A DNA stretch of 64,000 nt, from assembly GCA_040954595.2 (NCBI GenBank), contig CM082582.2:10531483-10595482 (forward strand), in the 5' to 3' direction. Below, piece after piece: positions 61,668 through 64,000 of this stretch; within the stretch, counting starts at the first letter, position 1, and the number at the start of each line of letters is the position of its first letter. The notes beneath the pieces were generated by a model. That model did no database searches and was not told the DNA's origin. It worked only from the letters and a program-made list of their open reading frames with translations. Origin of the DNA: Balanoglossus misakiensis (taxonomy: Eukaryota; Animalia; Hemichordata). The translations under genes were made by a program, and so were the position numbers.

Positions 61668-64000
61668 TTATTTCTGTTCGCAAAGTCCGGCCTTTCGATA
61701 CGATTTAGCAATCTTTTTGATGGCGTCCCGAAGAGTCGACGTTGTGGGGTCGTGGCACATCCGGGTCCCTTTGTGTATGCACCGCCTGTAACCAAGGAGA
61801 CTGTCGCAGGGATCTTCGCCTTGCCTGACCATGCGCAAGAAGTCGACGTCACAGCTCACGATTGACACCTTGCCGCATGATACGCCGGTTTTCGGAATCA
61901 CTGAAAATATTAATCAAAGATTACGATTGATTTACTTTTTTTTATGATAAAACTCGGTTGTGATTGAATGCAGTTGGCGGACGGCGCGACTCTGTGCTAA
62001 GCCACTGACAGTACAGATGACTTCGTACTTCTGCTGTCTATGGTTTAAAGCGTCTACACTTATAATATCTGGACACTCAGCATCGCTAACTATACAACAT
62101 GGTTTGGAAACTGTAACGTTTTAATGTCATTATTATCTAGACTCCGTGACAGTCTCGCTTGTGACAATACAATCACCACTTTTCACTAGTTTGCGAAACT
62201 GCCGCCGTTTTAACACCCAAGGAGAAAAATAAGAACTCGTTTCGAAGAATGAAACGTTTATTTAATATGTATACTTGAGTCTGACGGTGATAAATCTAAA
62301 TTAACGATATCTGCCTCGCCATTCAAAGTTTACCGCCGCGCCTGTCATTATCTCCATGACGACTGATGTAATGGATACGGAGATAACATCAAGTGTGCTC
62401 TAGATAGGATGACTTAAAGCGATTCCTTTCACTATCTGTCAAGATCGCTCATCATTCCTCCAAATGTTTGCAGTTCTAGGCTTACGCAGACTTGCTGCCA
62501 GGGAGTTCTCAGTCTCTCTCCGTTTCAAAAGAGCGAGAAATACGTGCGTGTGTAGAATGGATAATCGCGCGATTGAAACATAAAATCTAATAACCATGCA
62601 TATTGAATGATGTGCTCGGAATATAAATTTCATTATTAATGTAAGTTATTGAAAACGTGCGGCGATATGTGCCTTGCCCTTCACCGGTGACGAAATTACA
62701 AACGAACTGACTTTTGAAATGGTTGAAGTGCGGAAAATCTCTTCGTTATCTCGTGAGAACTTGGCAAAGTTTTGGTGGAAAACATGAAACATTTTAATGC
62801 TTTCTGTTGAAGAAATAGCCCCCTCTTATGATGTTTACCTGCACGCCTTTCACGTGACCGCAGTTCGGATCTGAGCAGAGTCTCCAAGCCGGTGGCGTCG
62901 ACGCTGGAGCAGATATTCTCTTCTTGAAACGATGTCACGATATCCAGGACAGCCATCGTGAAACTCTCGCTTTCGCAGGCATTCCTGATGAGATGCCGCG
63001 AGACGCAGTCAACATAGACCTGAAAAGACAGGATAGATCATATATAAATCACACGCGTTTTTTGTTGCCAATTTTGCCCCTCGGCGGGCTTGTTTTCTGC
63101 CATTCAAATCATTCTCCCTGATGCACACTCAACGCAGAAGGGACGACCACTATGGGAAAAGCCCAGTTTTTTTTTACAACCACCGTTGTATTCAACAAAT
63201 CATTTTCCATTAATTCAGAATATGTATACCGTATGAATTCTAGTTGTTTATGCAATCACAAGAGAGCGTTCAATTCTTACAGATCGACGAGTTGTAATAA
63301 TTTCCACTGGGGAGGATTTATCTGAGATTCTTTTCAACTTTTCAGGATTAGTGTTGAGTGACCGGGAATCGTGTTCGGATATTGTGGCGCATTCATTGAT
63401 TGCGAATTGCAGGGGCAGTGGTGCTCACAGCGCCACACGCGGCAGAACGTGTTAAACAAGAGGCAAAATCCCTTCACGTGTGGGGATCTGGTTTAATTTA
63501 GAAGTGGGTCAGGTTCTGTCCTGTTTTCTGGAATTTAGAAGCAGGCCAATAAACTCTAAGACCCCCTCCCCCCTTGGGCTACTGGTTGGCCTTCACCTAC
63601 ATGAAAGCGATGACGTCATGACGTGAGGCGAAACGGAACTGTTACCGGAAGTTCTCAAGGTGGTGCACTCCAATTGTGAAAATACTATAGAATTGAAATT
63701 CACATACTCGCGATTCTTGTGCATTGAGACGCCGCCCCTGCCAGCAACTAACAGTCATTTCCACCCACAGTGTGGAACGAAAACATTTTCCTCCACCAGA
63801 AATGCATCGCTGGACACATTTTCTACCAGCACCCACCCCTCCCCCGATAACATACGGTTCTTCCCTTGGTTTCTGTACGCTCTCATAAAGATATCTTACC
63901 TGTAAAGCGAGGCAGGCGCCTTCAGCGTCGTCACTCGTCAACCTGACCGCCTTGATGAAAGACACGCCGCACTGGTGAAGAGCCATGACGTCACACCCAA
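61668..64000 (-). CDS. Partial (5'-truncated by window edge) cysteine-rich protein with two tandem 6-Cys repeats (RGM-N/neuritin-like spacing) and a furin-type site; exons >64000-63900, 63019-62839, 61900-61668
   Basis: Splice sites CAG|gtaaga (phase 0), ttttcag|GTC, G|gtaaac (phase 1) and tttcag|TG join three separate ORF pieces in frame: ..GCDVMALHQCGVSFIKAVRLTSDDAEGACLALQ|VYVDCVSRHLIRNACESESFTMAVLDIVTSFQEENICSSVDATGLETLLRSELRSRERRA|VIPKTGVSCGKVSIVSCDVDFLRMVRQGEDPCDSLLGYRRCIHKGTRMCHDPTTSTLRDAIKKIAKSYRKAGLCEQK*. The same Cys pattern occurs twice. Confidence 0.85.

Noticed and set aside
1-64000. Prokaryotic-type features (CRISPR arrays, operons, rRNA/tRNA genes) and intact transposase or reverse-transcriptase ORFs
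   Set aside because: None seen; the sequence is intron-containing metazoan DNA.

Overview
Eukaryotic (metazoan) genomic DNA, gene-poor and mostly CpG-rich. It is most likely from an invertebrate deuterostome such as a hemichordate; this is inferred from gene content, intron-exon structure and repeat style and is not proven. Five protein-coding genes were assembled by hand from GT-AG splice sites with consistent phases. (1) A two-exon Scratch (Snail superfamily) zinc-finger repressor (18846-20020, +) lies in the middle of an approximately 46 kb gene desert. (2,3) Two intact, tandem seven-exon cathepsin Z/X genes (46901-49058 and 50431-52703, -). (4) A three-exon atypical rhodopsin-class GPCR (55527-59904, +). 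(5) The 3' three exons of an unrecognised cysteine-rich protein (61668 to beyond 64000, -), made of two tandem 6-Cys repeats with RGM-N/neuritin-like spacing separated by a furin-type RERR site. The main observations are: that candidate secreted pro-ligand lying tail-to-tail with the orphan GPCR; exon-2-restricted homogenisation (gene conversion) and an approximately 6-fold intron CpG contrast between the two cathepsin Z paralogues; CLEAR/M-box clusters at both cathepsin promoters; five miR-92/25-family seed sites in the putative scratch 3' UTR; and many X-box and CRE palindromes across the desert. Almost all short ORFs in the supplied track are judged non-coding. All counts and identities were made by eye and no database was searched.
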